A stretch of DNA of 64,000 nt from Hormiphora californensis (Eukaryota; Animalia; Ctenophora), in assembly GCA_020137815.1 (NCBI GenBank), contig CM035350.1, positions 1,922,001 to 1,986,000 on the forward strand, written 5' to 3'. This document shows positions 48,440 through 61,135 of this stretch, piece by piece. Each line of letters starts with the position of its first letter. The first letter of the stretch is position 1. The notes under the pieces are model-generated. The model did not search any database and was not told where the DNA came from. It saw only the letters and a program-made list of their open reading frames with translations. The position numbers were made by a program, and so were the translations under genes.

Positions 48440-51400
48440 GGGTTCCATGGTTGGAATGAACGATATCCGATAATCACTGACGAACAGTTGCCCGTCACCC
48501 TGGTAAGTGGAGAGAGAGAGAGATTGGGAAATAGTGGTGTATGTAGAAAAGGTTAGTCTGAGTTCTAGGCCGGGAGTCTCATAAGTTTGAGATGTACACC
48601 AGGGGCCGGGAGGGGGAGGCTAAACGGTAACGTCATGGTGTCGGGAGAGTTTTAAATACTGATAACGGGGGCTGCAACACAGTCTTGGATATCCAATAAG
48701 CGATTTATCAATAAATGAATAAACTGCTCTATCTCTCTCCTGTATTTGTCATAACCCTCTCTCTCTCCCTCCTCTGCAGGCCGCTAATCGGTAACTTTTT
48801 GGAAATAAGGCCGTACCTTATGGGACCCCTAACGATGCAGGATTGTTTTCTAAAATGGTAATTTCTCACGTGCCATGCATGCACACATTGATATATTTAC
48901 CCGCTAATCAAATCAAATACCTGCTTCTATCAACAGCCCAATTTTCTCTCATTACCACCTTACCTCCCCCTCTCCATCTCTCCCTCCCTCTCTCTTTCCC
49001 GCTAAGTAAACGCGTAAATGGGCGTCCTGGAATGCACACATGATATGACGTCATCCCCGCATTCCTCGCGGCTACTACCCCCTGACCTTGTTATATTATA
49101 CCCTGTGTACAATGAACAGTGTTCATACTATTGAAGAGTTAAATAGTCTGAACAAGCCAACCCTGACCTGTCTGGCCAGAACCCGACAGTGTGCCAGACC
49201 CTGACAGTGCGCTCGATCAGATGGGATCGGCGGCGCCAGACAGACCCTGACCAACTGAATCCTGGCTCCATATCTTACCCCTGCACCACATCTAGCTTCT
49301 CAACAACCCATTGACCCTCCCCCTTTTTACAGGACGATAAAGTACGGGTCAACATTTAAATTTTGGGTTGGAAACAAGCCCTGGATAGTGGTGTCAGACC
49401 CTGATTCTGTCAAGGAAATCCTTTGTGGAAATAACTTTCCTAAGGACCCGACCTACTATGGGCCCATCGGGACGCTCTATGGGCAAAGGTAAAGGGGGGT
49501 TCTTGACGGGCTTACTAACGACAGTTACAGCCCCCTCCTCCTCGCGACATCTTCTGGTTCTGCAGCAACAATCTGTGTGTTAGAATTACAGAGAAACTCA
49601 TGCCCGTCTCTGTATCACGTGGTCCTGTCCCTCCTAGTATAACGTGCAGCTGGTGACAGCCCTCTACTTTCGTAATATACCCATCTGAAAGATCCCTCTA
49701 AAATTCGACTTTTGTTTTCTCTCCCTTACTGCAACGTTTGTTGCGTCTTTCTTTTGAAATCTAACTCCCAATTAAAATCCTCGGGATGCTAAACACATTT
49801 ATTCGCGGACGGTCGACAGACCAGATGCCACCTCTCTTTCTCCTAAACACTACTAGCTTGATGCTACCTCTCTTTCTCCTAAACACTTTTAGCGTGATTC
49901 TACCTATCTTTCTCCTAAACACTTTTAGCGTGATTACACTTCTCTTCTAAACACTACCTCCTACCATCAGGTTTGCTGGGGGAGGGAGTGCAGTACAGAC
50001 AGATACAAAGAAGCATACTAAACAGCAGAAAATCACGATGATGGCGTACCATAAGAAGTACCTGACAAAATCCAGTCACGCCATCACATCGGTAAGAATA
50101 TATGATCTGGGTCTCAGTGTCTAGTTGGTAGCTGTGTGTATATCATGTCATCTTGTATACGACCTGTAGGAGATTTGAAGACTTGTTAGATCGAATAGAT
50201 TCAGTCTCATGTGATATGATGAGAGAAGTAGCACTGGTATATTTTAGGGGTCACACTGCCATTGTGCAGTAAATCTGTCACATGCCAGCTGGTTCTGTAA
50301 ATATGTGTGGTTTTAATATTCCCCCTGGCCCCCTCAAGCACCCCCCCCCCCCAACTAAAACTCCCTCCCCCCCAACTAAAACTCTCCCTCCTACAGGTGA
50401 TGAGCAGGTGGGTAGACCAGCTTGGTAGTTACCAATCCTGGGTACCACTATCAGACGAGCTGGATAAACTTGCCACATCAGCAATCTGCAAAATCGCCTT
50501 TGATATGGATGTCCCCTTCTCGTATAGAGGGGAGAGTGATGTCTACAAGTTTATCGATATCTGCTTTGGTGGCATCAAGGATGTCCTTTTCAATCCCCTT
50601 GGCATGGTACGTTAGGAAAACTTCCTACTTGAGGGGGAGATATATATATTTGTAGCAGAGCTGGAAATATGCAACAATTTGTCACGCTCCTATCCTTCCA
50701 GATATAAATATTACACCCCCAATATACCCCCGGACCCCTCCCTTCGTCCTGATCTCTCACTGAGTCTATCACTGCACTGGCAAATGCCCCCATGCTATTT
50801 AATAAACAACTTACACCCATATCTCTCTGCAGCTAAAATACAAACAAGTGGAGAAGGTGAGGGCTGCTGCAAAGGCGCTCCGGGAGATCGGGGAGAATTT
50901 TATTAGAGATACTTATGATAAGATGAACACAGGATCGCCCCTTCCTGATGCCATGTTTAGTTACGTGCTACAGGAGATTAAGGAGGCAGGTTGGTTTGTA
51001 TTTTTAATGTTCGTCTGTCAGCTGTTACGTTTATGTTCATAGTTTATGACAATGTGAGATTGTCCCCGTTATGACTGCTTCGGGCCAACAGACCCTGCTG
51101 GATTCTGCACTAACTGTTTGTTTCGGGTGGGTAGTCCGTGAAATTCCAAAGACACACGGAATTCAACTTGTCATGAACATGACAAATTAGGGAAAAATAA
51201 CAGCGCTATCATTCGAGTTACGTCTGCGGGGGTAAACCCATTTACAAAGAACTACTTTATTGGGACTTTATCTAACCATTTTCTCCCCTCAGGTGGTTCA
51301 TTTTCACTGGAGGAGATCATTGATGAATTCATTATTCAGATAGTAGCAGGTTAGTTTCTCCCGTATAGTTTTAATTTGAATGTCTCACATGTTATACACT

Positions 51401-52185
51401 AGTTCCCCCACCTCTATCTCTGTGAGTCTGTTCGTAACTCAAGATATCTTCTTCTCTGGTATCCGGCTCTTGTGGTTAGATTTTTTGATAGTCTCAAAAT
51501 TATACGTAGTTTCAGTGGTATCTACATCTCTCTACATAGCCGTGTAATGGTAGAAACCACTATAACAGACTTCAATTAAGCCCCTGCCGCCACATAGCTG
51601 TCAGCTAACAAGATTTCAACCACCCGAAACGTAACAATCCCTCTTTGTGGTCCTAATTCCTCGCCCTCAAGCCTCTCGTCCCTCTCTATTTTGTGGTGGT
51701 GCGGGCGTGGCTTTCCTTGATTAGGGGGTAGCTCATGCTAGCCGTGTGTGTGCAGTGAGGCGTAACAAAATTGTGTTTGCCCCCGGCCCTCTTCTCTCTC
51801 AGCTCTCTTTCTCTCTGTTTTTCTCGCTCCCTCCTTTGGCCTTCTCTCTCTTTAACTCATCTAACTCCTCTCTCTCTGTGCTCCCTTTCCCTGCCGCTTT
51901 CTCCAACTTTATCCCATTCACTCTTATCTTCAAAGCAAAAACCTAATGACCACCCGCTTCTACATCCAAATCACCTATTGGCCAGTTCTTGGACCATAAA
52001 TCCCATCTATCATTCGGTTCATACTGACCTCTTTAATCCATCCCCCTTTATTCTTTAATCCACTCCATCAACCCCTCCAGGAACGGAGACGACGTCAAAC
52101 TTGATGAAGTTCTTGCTAATGGAAGTAGCACGACATCCACATGTCTACAAGCGGTGGGTACTAGCTGCAGGTGGCCGTCTGCCCC

Positions 52186-52236
<51 letters not shown>

Positions 52237-54390
52237 CGGGAGAATGAAAATGAATTGGTTTTCATTATCTGTCCCACTGGTCCTACTCTCCCTTCCTGCC
52301 TCATTCTCTCTCACACACACACTCTCTCTCTCACTCTCTTCCCCGCTCTTCCTCCCTATATATCACGTGTACCCCAACCTACAGGCTACAGGCAGAGATA
52401 GATGAGGTGATGTGTGATACGACCGCAGAGACCTACCACTCTGACCTCAACAGGATGAGGTATCTTGACCAGGTGATAGCGGAAGCCCTCAGGATGTATC
52501 CTGTGGCGGTGGCCACAACCAGAACTAATCCCAAGGAGACGTATCTTGGAAAAACACTCATCCCGGCCAACTCGTGCATCATGGTATGTGCCGATGTGAG
52601 AGACTGAGAGAGAGAGGAAGTGAGAGAGAGAGAGATGAAAAGAGATAAACAGGGAAGACAGATAGCCCCAACTGTTCAAGCAGCATTCTCATACACGTGA
52701 TTGACTGTGTTTTTTTCTAAACGTCATCCCCCGGTTGTAAAGTATGCCCGAGAGAGAATGACCTAATTCCTCCTTCTCAGGTATGTTGGCACACACTTCA
52801 CCGGAACCCACAATACTTCTCTCAGCCTGAGGTGTTTGACCCCGACCGGTGGGCCCCAGACAAGCCAGGGTAGGTGGTTATAGATCCAGGAAGGTCTATT
52901 ATTAGTCGGGGCGAATCTTAATTTTTTGACACACTATTTGGTGAAAAGCAAATTCCGGTTGTAACCCACCTATTTTGACCCGCTGAACACGATCCCGTCC
53001 ATAGGTAAGCTCGCAAAAGTGAAGAAAATCCCCAAATCGGCCACGCCCTTTTACCTGTATTTTCAGCCTGTAGCCAAAAACATAAATCCTCTTAGAATAA
53101 GAGTAGAGACAAATCTGAGGGCACTAAAGTGATCAGCGCCCTCGCATTAGTGGGGGTAGGTGCTGGAATTAAGTCTCTATCTCATCTGGTTAATTAGATA
53201 ATTGGATAATTAGGTTTGCACATAACCGTTTTTTGGCTATATGGCTATAGCCACTTAGGAATGGTTTAGAGACTTTTCACTGGCGCCATTTTGTAGGTAA
53301 TAGCCAAGTTATGGGGGGTCGACGTCTGACTTTTAAGCTCTATCTCCAACCGTTTAGCCGTTATTTGGCTTAAACGATGCTCAAAATCGGGCTTTTTACC
53401 GTTTTTCGCTCATTTTGAGCATCGATTAAGCCCAATAACGGCTAAACGGTTGGAGATAGAGCTTAAAAGTCCGACGTCGACCCCCCATAACTTGGCTATT
53501 GCCTACAAAATGGCGCCAGTGAAAAGTCTCTAAACCATTCCTAAGTGGCTATAGCCATATAGCCAAAAAACGGTTATGTGCAAACCTAATTATCCAATTA
53601 TCTAATTAACCAGATGAGATAGAGACTTAATTCCAGCACCTACCCCCACTAATGCGAGGGCGCTGATAACTTTAGTGCCCTCAGATTTGTCTCTACTCCT
53701 ATTCTAAGAGGATTTATGTTTTTGGCTACAGGCTGAAAATACAGGTAAAAGGGCGTGGCCGATTTGGGCATTTTCTTCACTTTTGCGAGCTTACCTATGG
53801 ACGGGATCGTGTTCAGCGGGTCAAAATAGGTGGGTTACAACCGGAATTTGCTTTTCACCAAATAGTGTGTCAACCACTTCTTTTTGTGAGAGATTCGCCC
53901 CGACTATATATATGTTTAGAGAGTCAGAGAAAGAAGCGCGGTGAGAAATACTATTTCCGCTACTACATAAAGTTACACCAATTGGAGTATTCTTGGATGT
54001 GAGCCAATAATAAATAATCGGTATAATAGATAGTGCTGAGCAGAGCATAGCCTACTGAATTCATTGAGCTTATTATATTCGATATAATAATTAGGACAAG
54101 ATACCTAGATTTGAGGTATCCGAGAGAATTAAAGCCACCATGGTCCCTAAATATTGATCCCATATTTCAGACCGCTACCCTTCACCTACCTTCCCTTCTC
54201 GAGTGGACCCCGATCGTGCGCTGGTAAGCACATAGCCAAGCTGGAGGCGAAGATTATTACCAGTATGCTGCTATATCATTACGACCTCACGCCCCACCCG
54301 GATATGCGGTACGAGGTTTCCGCTACAATCGCTGCTAAACCATCCCATCCGCTCATGTTCAAAGTTACCAGCAGAAACCAACCGAGGTAA
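48440..54390 (+). CDS. Cytochrome P450, CYP46A1-like; start codon lies in low-quality sequence
   Basis: Exons ~48440-48502, 48780-48857, 49333-49488, 49971-50091, 50397-50606, 50833-50989, 51293-51349, 52081-52153, 52385-52583, 52781-52869, 54171-54390. Motifs: WPLIGN, FPKDPTYY...LYGQRF (CYP46-like), I-helix AGTETTSN, K-helix EALR, FDPDRW, heme loop PFSSGPRSCAG. Confidence 0.93.
49825..49960. repeat. ~40-nt tandem repeat (cctctctttctcctaaacact...) in a CYP intron
   Basis: Three to four visible units. Confidence 0.8.
52905..53904. mobile_element. 1000-bp foldback (palindromic) element with TA flanks in the last CYP intron
   Basis: TA-gtcggggcgaatct ... agattcgccccgac-TA; ~480-bp arms are near-perfect reverse complements around a loop at ~53385-53410; the core is homologous to 24139-26199. 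Confidence 0.92.
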
Positions 54391-54421
54391 GAACATATTA
54401 TATTGTCTAGTTTGTCTCTAG

Positions 54422-54530
54422 CAGGAACCGACCGAAACAAGTAAACAACCAATCAGAACTCGTTATTTAGGTCACGTGACTGGTCATCAGCCAATCAGCG
54501 ACCAGTATTTCCTGATTCGGTCGGTTCCTT
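54422..54530. mobile_element. 109-bp hAT-like MITE with 8-bp TSD (gtctctag); resembles a high-copy Pleurobrachia repeat
   Basis: TIRs caggaaccgaccgaa / ttcggtcggttcct; gtctctag at 54414-54421 and 54531-54538; inserted 31 nt after the CYP stop codon. The species association is from memory. Confidence 0.88.
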
Positions 54531-56120
54531 GTCTCTAGTTTGTCCCTGATATTATTCCACACCTTCCCTCAGAAAAGGACCCAGCCCCAATTCTGAGATA
54601 GATGGGTCAAATACAAACTAGACAAATATAATAAAAGGGAGGGTCGGGGTCTACCAAGGTGTTAAACGGATTTAGGCGATTTTTCTGGAACCATTTGTCT
54701 TTTCGGAGAGAAATGAATGGGAGAAAAACCTGGAAAGGGAAGACATAGAATTCATTTAACGAATCTGGGGTTAAGTCGTGCGAGACAAAATGAATTCTCT
54801 CCCTCATTCCCCCTCCCTCTCCTTGTCTCTCTCCCCCACACACCCGCACACCAATTGACACATACTCTGGTGTCAAAGGACTAGCCGACGACGCACACCG
54901 TGACCTAAATATCATTCCCCTGCAAGATAAAAATCTTATCACATTCTCTCTATCCCTCTGACGCGTCAAATCGTTGCAAGTACCGTAAAAGAGTGAATGA
55001 AGGAGAGAGACCTGAAAGAATGAGATGCTGTTAGATATGAAGTTGCACTTCACCCTCACTTCAGTGTGGCCCCCAGAGTTCGAAGGGTCGGAAACGAACA
55101 CCAACTTTCTCTTTATTGAATTTTAGTGGGGGTTAGAGAAAGATCAGATGATGGAATCTTATTACTGCGCCACAGCTATGAACAATGGGGGAACAGTATT
55201 ATTAGGACATTATATTAATCCCTCACTTTCCCAATTCAGAGATGTTGTAGTGGGTGGTGATGTGACAAGATGAAGTGGTGACCAACAAAACGACTGCTGA
55301 CACTGTTGCAGAGATATTGGCCAAGAGAAGACAGAGCTAGCTGGGATCCTACCAGACTAACCATAAAACACAGCCGTGAGATACCGGGAGATATGTATCT
55401 CTCTCCCGGAGCCCCGCTACCACAAAACAAAGACTCGAAATAATGATTGCTGTAAACGTGATATGTCTCCACTCCTTCACTAGTGTGAGTGTTTTAGGGA
55501 TCCCCCTCCACCGCTCCTTATATGGCCATATGCCCATATATAGAAGTCATGTATGGCCATGTATGGCGGTGGTAGAGGTGGAGATCTTTGTATATTGATT
55601 GTGTGTGTATTTGAATGCTGGAAGTGGAACGTATAATGGTTAACTACTCTGCATCTAATATTTTAAAACCGGTGGAACAGCTTTTGATTCTCATGATTGG
55701 ATTGAGGACACATTTTGGCGTTAATAAAAACCATTTACCAAATGCATATTCTAACATTTTTTCTAAATTTATACGCACTTTTGAACACATATTTTGATTT
55801 GATATACACGTTAATGGGAATATAAAATAAACACGGACACAGAGGAGACGTTAGAGATCAGTGTGATACAAGGAAAGAGATGGAGAGAAGTATTAGTGAA
55901 AGTGAGAGAGAGATAGAAAATAGGAATTGATAAATTTTAGTTTAGTGATAGATAGATAGGGCGTCACGTGATATTTCCAAATAAGGGAAGGTCATGGGTC
56001 GTCTAACGAGAGAGTGAATGGTAATTTATCAGTTTATGGGATGACCCAGTTACCAGCCAATAATTATGACCATCATTTTGATGAACAAAAGAGACCACAC
56101 GCACGCACACAGGTTAAGAG

Positions 56121-56259
<139 letters not shown>

Positions 56260-56394
56260 TAGCGGGAGAGTGAAAGAGACGAACGAAATACGACTGCATG
56301 TATTATGATCAACAGAGCCCTCGATTAGATGATGCTTATATAGATTTTTTAAAGCTTTTATAGATCTAGTTTCACAACTGTTTATATTTTAGAC

Positions 56395-56456
56395 TTGGTT
56401 ACGAAATAACCCCCCCTTCTTCCCGCACTGGCAAGGGAGGGTAACTTCGTTACCAA
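56395..56456. mobile_element. 62-bp micro-MITE with 9-bp TSD (attttagac)
   Basis: ttggttacgaaataacc...ggtaacttcgttaccaa flanked by attttagac at 56386-56394 and 56457-56465. Confidence 0.88.
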
Positions 56457-56850
56457 ATTTTAGACCCGAGTGATTTTGAATATATTTGTGTGCGTGCGTG
56501 TACAAGGGAGTGAGAATTGAGAGCAAGATTACTAAAAGATTTAGTAAAACTGTTTACCCACTAAAAACTGCGTGTGTGTTATGTGATTGAATCCCATATT
56601 ATAAGTGACGCCCAAGATCACCAAACCCACTAGATGCCCATCTGAAAGTCAAACAGAAAGCCGATCTGAAAGGGTCTACACTTCGATCACTCTGCAGCTA
56701 TTTAGAAGGTGCATCTAGGTGGTGTTTTGGTGCAGGGCATGTGATATATGGTGTGCTGTGAGTGCGTATTTTCCATACATTGATTTGTCCTCTTTGAAAC
56801 CACTGTGTTTTACTTTGCTTCAATTGCAGGTCGCCTCGTTAGAATCGTTA

Positions 56851-57574
56851 GGGTAGAAAGGGGTAAAATGGCACACTTTCTAACGTTTTAGGTTCTAAAA
56901 TACTCAATTTATACAGCAAGAAGAAAAAAAATTATATAGGCTATCCAATGAAACGTTTTCCTATCAGACGAGCTAAATTTTAATATCTGAAAGTTTTATT
57001 TAATAGCTTAATTAATCAATTCAAAAAGTTTGGTAGGGCTTTTTTTGGAAATTTTGCACTGGGGTAAAATGGTCCAGCCAATAGCATTGCTCGATTTTTA
57101 TCACGTGCCTGGTGTTGTTAGAGCACTGGGGTAAATGGTCCATGTTATCTTCAGTAATTTCTGTTCTGCTGGACCATTTTACCCCAGTGTGCTGGACCAT
57201 TTTACCCCAGTTGGTATCACGTGGTATTGGAGGCTCGATTTCATTGGTCCCAGGGTGAACCATTTTACCCCAGCGAGGGTGAACCATTTTACCCCAGTTT
57301 GACTAATTTGACAATTTAATCAACTTAATAGTGGGTTTTTTGAAAAATTTTTATACCAAGTTTTAGAAGGATAAAAACCCTAACTGGCAGTTTTTGCAAA
57401 ATTAAAATCGGCCAACTCAAACAGAAATTACAGCAGTTTTAAAGCAAAAATTCGGAACAGAACGAGCAGGTCTCCGCTGGAGAAAAAGTCACGTGACTAC
57501 ATGTAATAACTAGGACCATTTTACCCCATACATGTGCCATTTTACCCCGTGTGCCATTTTACCCCTTTCTACCC
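56851..57574. mobile_element. 724-bp MITE with TA TSD (second copy of 24647-25370)
   Basis: Same TIRs, same length and near-identical interior; flanked by TA on both sides. Confidence 0.93.
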
Positions 57575-57795
57575 TATAGTTTTAAGGGTTTGTTTTGAAA
57601 GGATGTTCTAACCCTCCTTTACATTTGTAAAATTTTCCCGGGTGGGGCGCGGAAAAAAAGGGTGTGAGGGGCTATTTCTCGATGGATGGATGAACCATTT
57701 GAAATGTGTCTGTATGTGTACCCCACGATTAGATATTGTTAGCCCTGAGTTGAGACGGTCCCCCAGCTGGTTACCCTGATTGTTTGTATACACAT

Positions 57796-57867
<72 letters not shown>

Positions 57868-57869
57868 AC

Positions 57870-57919
<50 letters not shown>

Positions 57920-57921
57920 AC

Positions 57922-57979
<58 letters not shown>

Positions 57980-58494
57980 TCTCTCATTGCACCACTGAGA
58001 GGAGGAAGAGAGCTGTTTTCACACACGTGCTATGGCACCTCTCAGCAGACACGTGAGACCTAGAGAATTGAGCACTGCTCGACCACGGGGGACAAGATAG
58101 ATAGCAGCTCCAATCTAAAGCCCCAAACTATCTGGTCAACTGCAGTGAGTCAACAAGTCAGCAGGTAGTGTTGCACATGATTGGTCGATAAATGTAGAAT
58201 TGTTGTGCGTGTCTTGCGGGCCCACTTCACGTGTCAAGAGGTACTTAATACCAGGTGACTGCCTGTAGTACGTGCATGCACAAAGTCTTATCATCATCCC
58301 GCTCCCAGTTGTTAAGTTACTCAACAATTGTTCCAGCAATCAGGCAATGAATAAACAAGAATTATTGCATTATGTATTCATAATGCGGTGTTTCCCTGCC
58401 ACAAATGGATTTAAAATTGATGAATAAGCTTCAAAACTGGATTTCCTGATGAATTTTGTGCTCAAAGAGTTTTTTTCCCGCGGATCTGCGATGT

Positions 58495-58605
58495 TGGTTA
58501 CTAAGGTAACTAGGTAAGTTGCTATGGTATCCAAGGCAGTTGCTATGGTAACCAAGACAGTTGCTGTGGTAACCAAGACAGTTGCTGTGGTAACCAAGGC
58601 AGTTA
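58495..58605. repeat. 21-nt tandem repeat (ggtaaccaagacagttgctgt)
   Basis: Directly visible; explains ORF 58370 (VTTATVL repeats). Confidence 0.85.
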
Positions 58606-59361
58606 CATAGGAGTTCCTAGTTGGTTACCAAGTGCTTCAACTTTAATCGCATCTCAACTCGAGTCACTAGTGTGTTTCATGCTTGGAAGACGTTCTACCA
58701 CTTCATAGCATGGCTGTAGGGCGCCCAAAGCGATCTCAGGTGATATTGGGAAGTGCTATTAGCGAGTAATTGTGCGCCACAATGTGTGTTAATCATTTCC
58801 TTTGTTAACTTAATCTGGACCTCTGCATTCGCACACAGAGTGTGCTATTCGGCCTAGAGTCAAGTTTGTATGAGTGCAAAAATGCGATATGAAAGTCCTG
58901 TCCCTCAGGGATAGAACTAAACGTCCATCCAGCCATGCCAGTCTTTCCCATTTTATATAGGGTTGACGAGGCCCTCAGACGGGATCTCCCCTGGGAAAGA
59001 CACCCTAGACCATAGTACGTATTGTACGGGTGCAGTCCTACTGGTCAGTACCCTAGCCGAATCTTGTACGTCGATCTCACCGACAAAGACCCTCGCTGGG
59101 GTATTGTTTGGCAGCCAGTGGGATCGGAAGTGGGCGGCACCAAAGGATTTCCTTTGAATTGAATCAACGAAACGTGAGATAGAAAGTTTTATGAAGGAGC
59201 AGACTTGTTGTTAGGCGTTGTCCGTGACGGACGGACACATTTAGTTAACCCCACGATCTGCTGATTTCTAAACCCTGAATGATTCTTTTTAGCATGTGCG
59301 TGCTAAAAACATCATCCCGGGTGAAAATAGTTTGTCATATTTCATGACTTTCTTCGTACAC

Positions 59362-59432
59362 GCTGTCAGAGCATTGGCCTGACCCATTCTCGGAGCGCGC
59401 GAGAACTGTGGTCAGAGCATTGGCCTGACAGC
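59362..59432. mobile_element. 71-bp micro-MITE with 6-bp TSD (gtacac)
   Basis: gctgtcagagcattggcctgac...gcattggcctgacagc flanked by gtacac on both sides; relatives at 29576 and ~62525. Confidence 0.87.
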
Positions 59433-61135
59433 GTACACGCTACACAGTGCTCTGTTCTGTGCCCCTAACAAGTTCGGAGTGGGCTCAACAAGAGTAGGCA
59501 GTCTTTTGTGAGACAAGAAATAGTAGTATCCCAGGTAATTCATTCTATCTGATTGTCTCCTCTATAACACTATTATCGTTTAAAACGTCCTTACTACAAA
59601 GTCATCACTGTAAACTCAGCTGTTTTCATTTCACGTCATCGTCATTCATTTTAAACAAGTATACTACCTCATTTCAACATAAATATTAATAATAGTTGAG
59701 TTGCTCAACAAGACATAATGGGATAGCGTGCGTCAGTCGCGGTCAGACATACACCAATTACACAGTTAAAAGATCGTTTTCACGATTCGTGCATTTTCAG
59801 TTTAACGATATTTTAAGTGATATCATAGTCCTTTCCGCATTTGGAATCAATTAACTGTTATACTAATCAACTGCCCTAATTAACTGTACAGTCAGAACGG
59901 ACCACTTGTAAACGAATGGGTATCCAGATCCTGCAAGTACTGCAGAAGGAACTATATCTTGATGGTTGATCGTTAGGCAAGAAAAAAGAAGGAAAATGCA
60001 CTCCCTGTTTGTATTGACTATTGTTCATAGTATTTTTGGAAAACATGGCCGTTTGAGCAAGCTCTTGCTTCCCCTAAACGACTGATTTATATCTTCTCTA
60101 ATCGTTTACTACTTCATATTATACTTCTTGTATTCAAAGTCGGATGTTTTGAAGTTGTCACCCCAAACAACTCGTATGAGTGTGATACTTATCGTTTTTG
60201 ACCTGCACACCACACGCAATCATGTAATAGGCGCAAAAAAAACCAAGGGGGGGGGGTGAAAACTTCAAAAAAATCCGACTTTATACGTTTTCTTTTATCC
60301 TTTTTGTAAAATGTAAAATGAACAACTCTGACCATATTTTTGAGTAAGACCATAAGGGCAATGCTTTCTAGTTTTTAGCAGCTAACAGTCCTTTCTAAAC
60401 AAGGTGTTATAATCCCGTTGTCCAGTCTCACGTTTGTGGCAGGTCAGTCCGAACACGCTCTAAGCAAGAGCCCCAGGAAAGATCAAAGGACGTGGCAAGG
60501 GTGGTACTAGAGATCATGCCACTCAGCTGGACTTGCACGTTTAATTTGACTGTTTTGGGATGCTGGAAAAGCGGCAACGTCCTATAGCTCTACGTGGAGT
60601 TACGACTGATCACGTTGCGATCCGTGACATCAAAGGAGCTAGAAAGGTCTTACTTTGTTATGCACGGTCTTACTAAGAATATTTTATGAACTTGGATGGA
60701 ACACCATGGCTCAGGATAGAAACAATGAGCTTTGAATACCGGTACTAGCCCCTGACTGTTATCCAATTAACACCACCCATTCAGCATCATATCTGTATCA
60801 TTGCAGCACGATTGATAACTGGGGAAGTATTGTTGTTGCGAAAGAGAGAAGAAGGAAATCGGGGGCTTTTATTGTTACAACACATTTTACTAATGGGATC
60901 TTGCATGATGAATTAACAGGGCCATGGACCTCTATCTCTCTATCTATCTATCTATCTATCTCTCTATCACTCCATCCATCCCCCGATCATCACAAAGCTA
61001 TAGTTTCTGTGTGTTTCATGCTTCTTTCTCAGCAACAATATTTGTTCTGTCTCAACCATTACTGTAACTCCCTGGTTATAATAAGTGTTGTAGTCCTATA
61101 ATATAATGGTCCCTAATTAACCTCCCAACCCAGCC

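Noticed and set aside
40500-48450. Many long Phe/Pro/Gly/Lys-rich ORFs
   Set aside because: Products of homopolymer-inflated low-quality consensus; the same applies to 1-1400.
58650-59160. GC-balanced stretch with a TATA-like motif, possibly a retroelement remnant or gene
   Set aside because: No recognisable protein motif, terminal repeats or convincing splice pattern.
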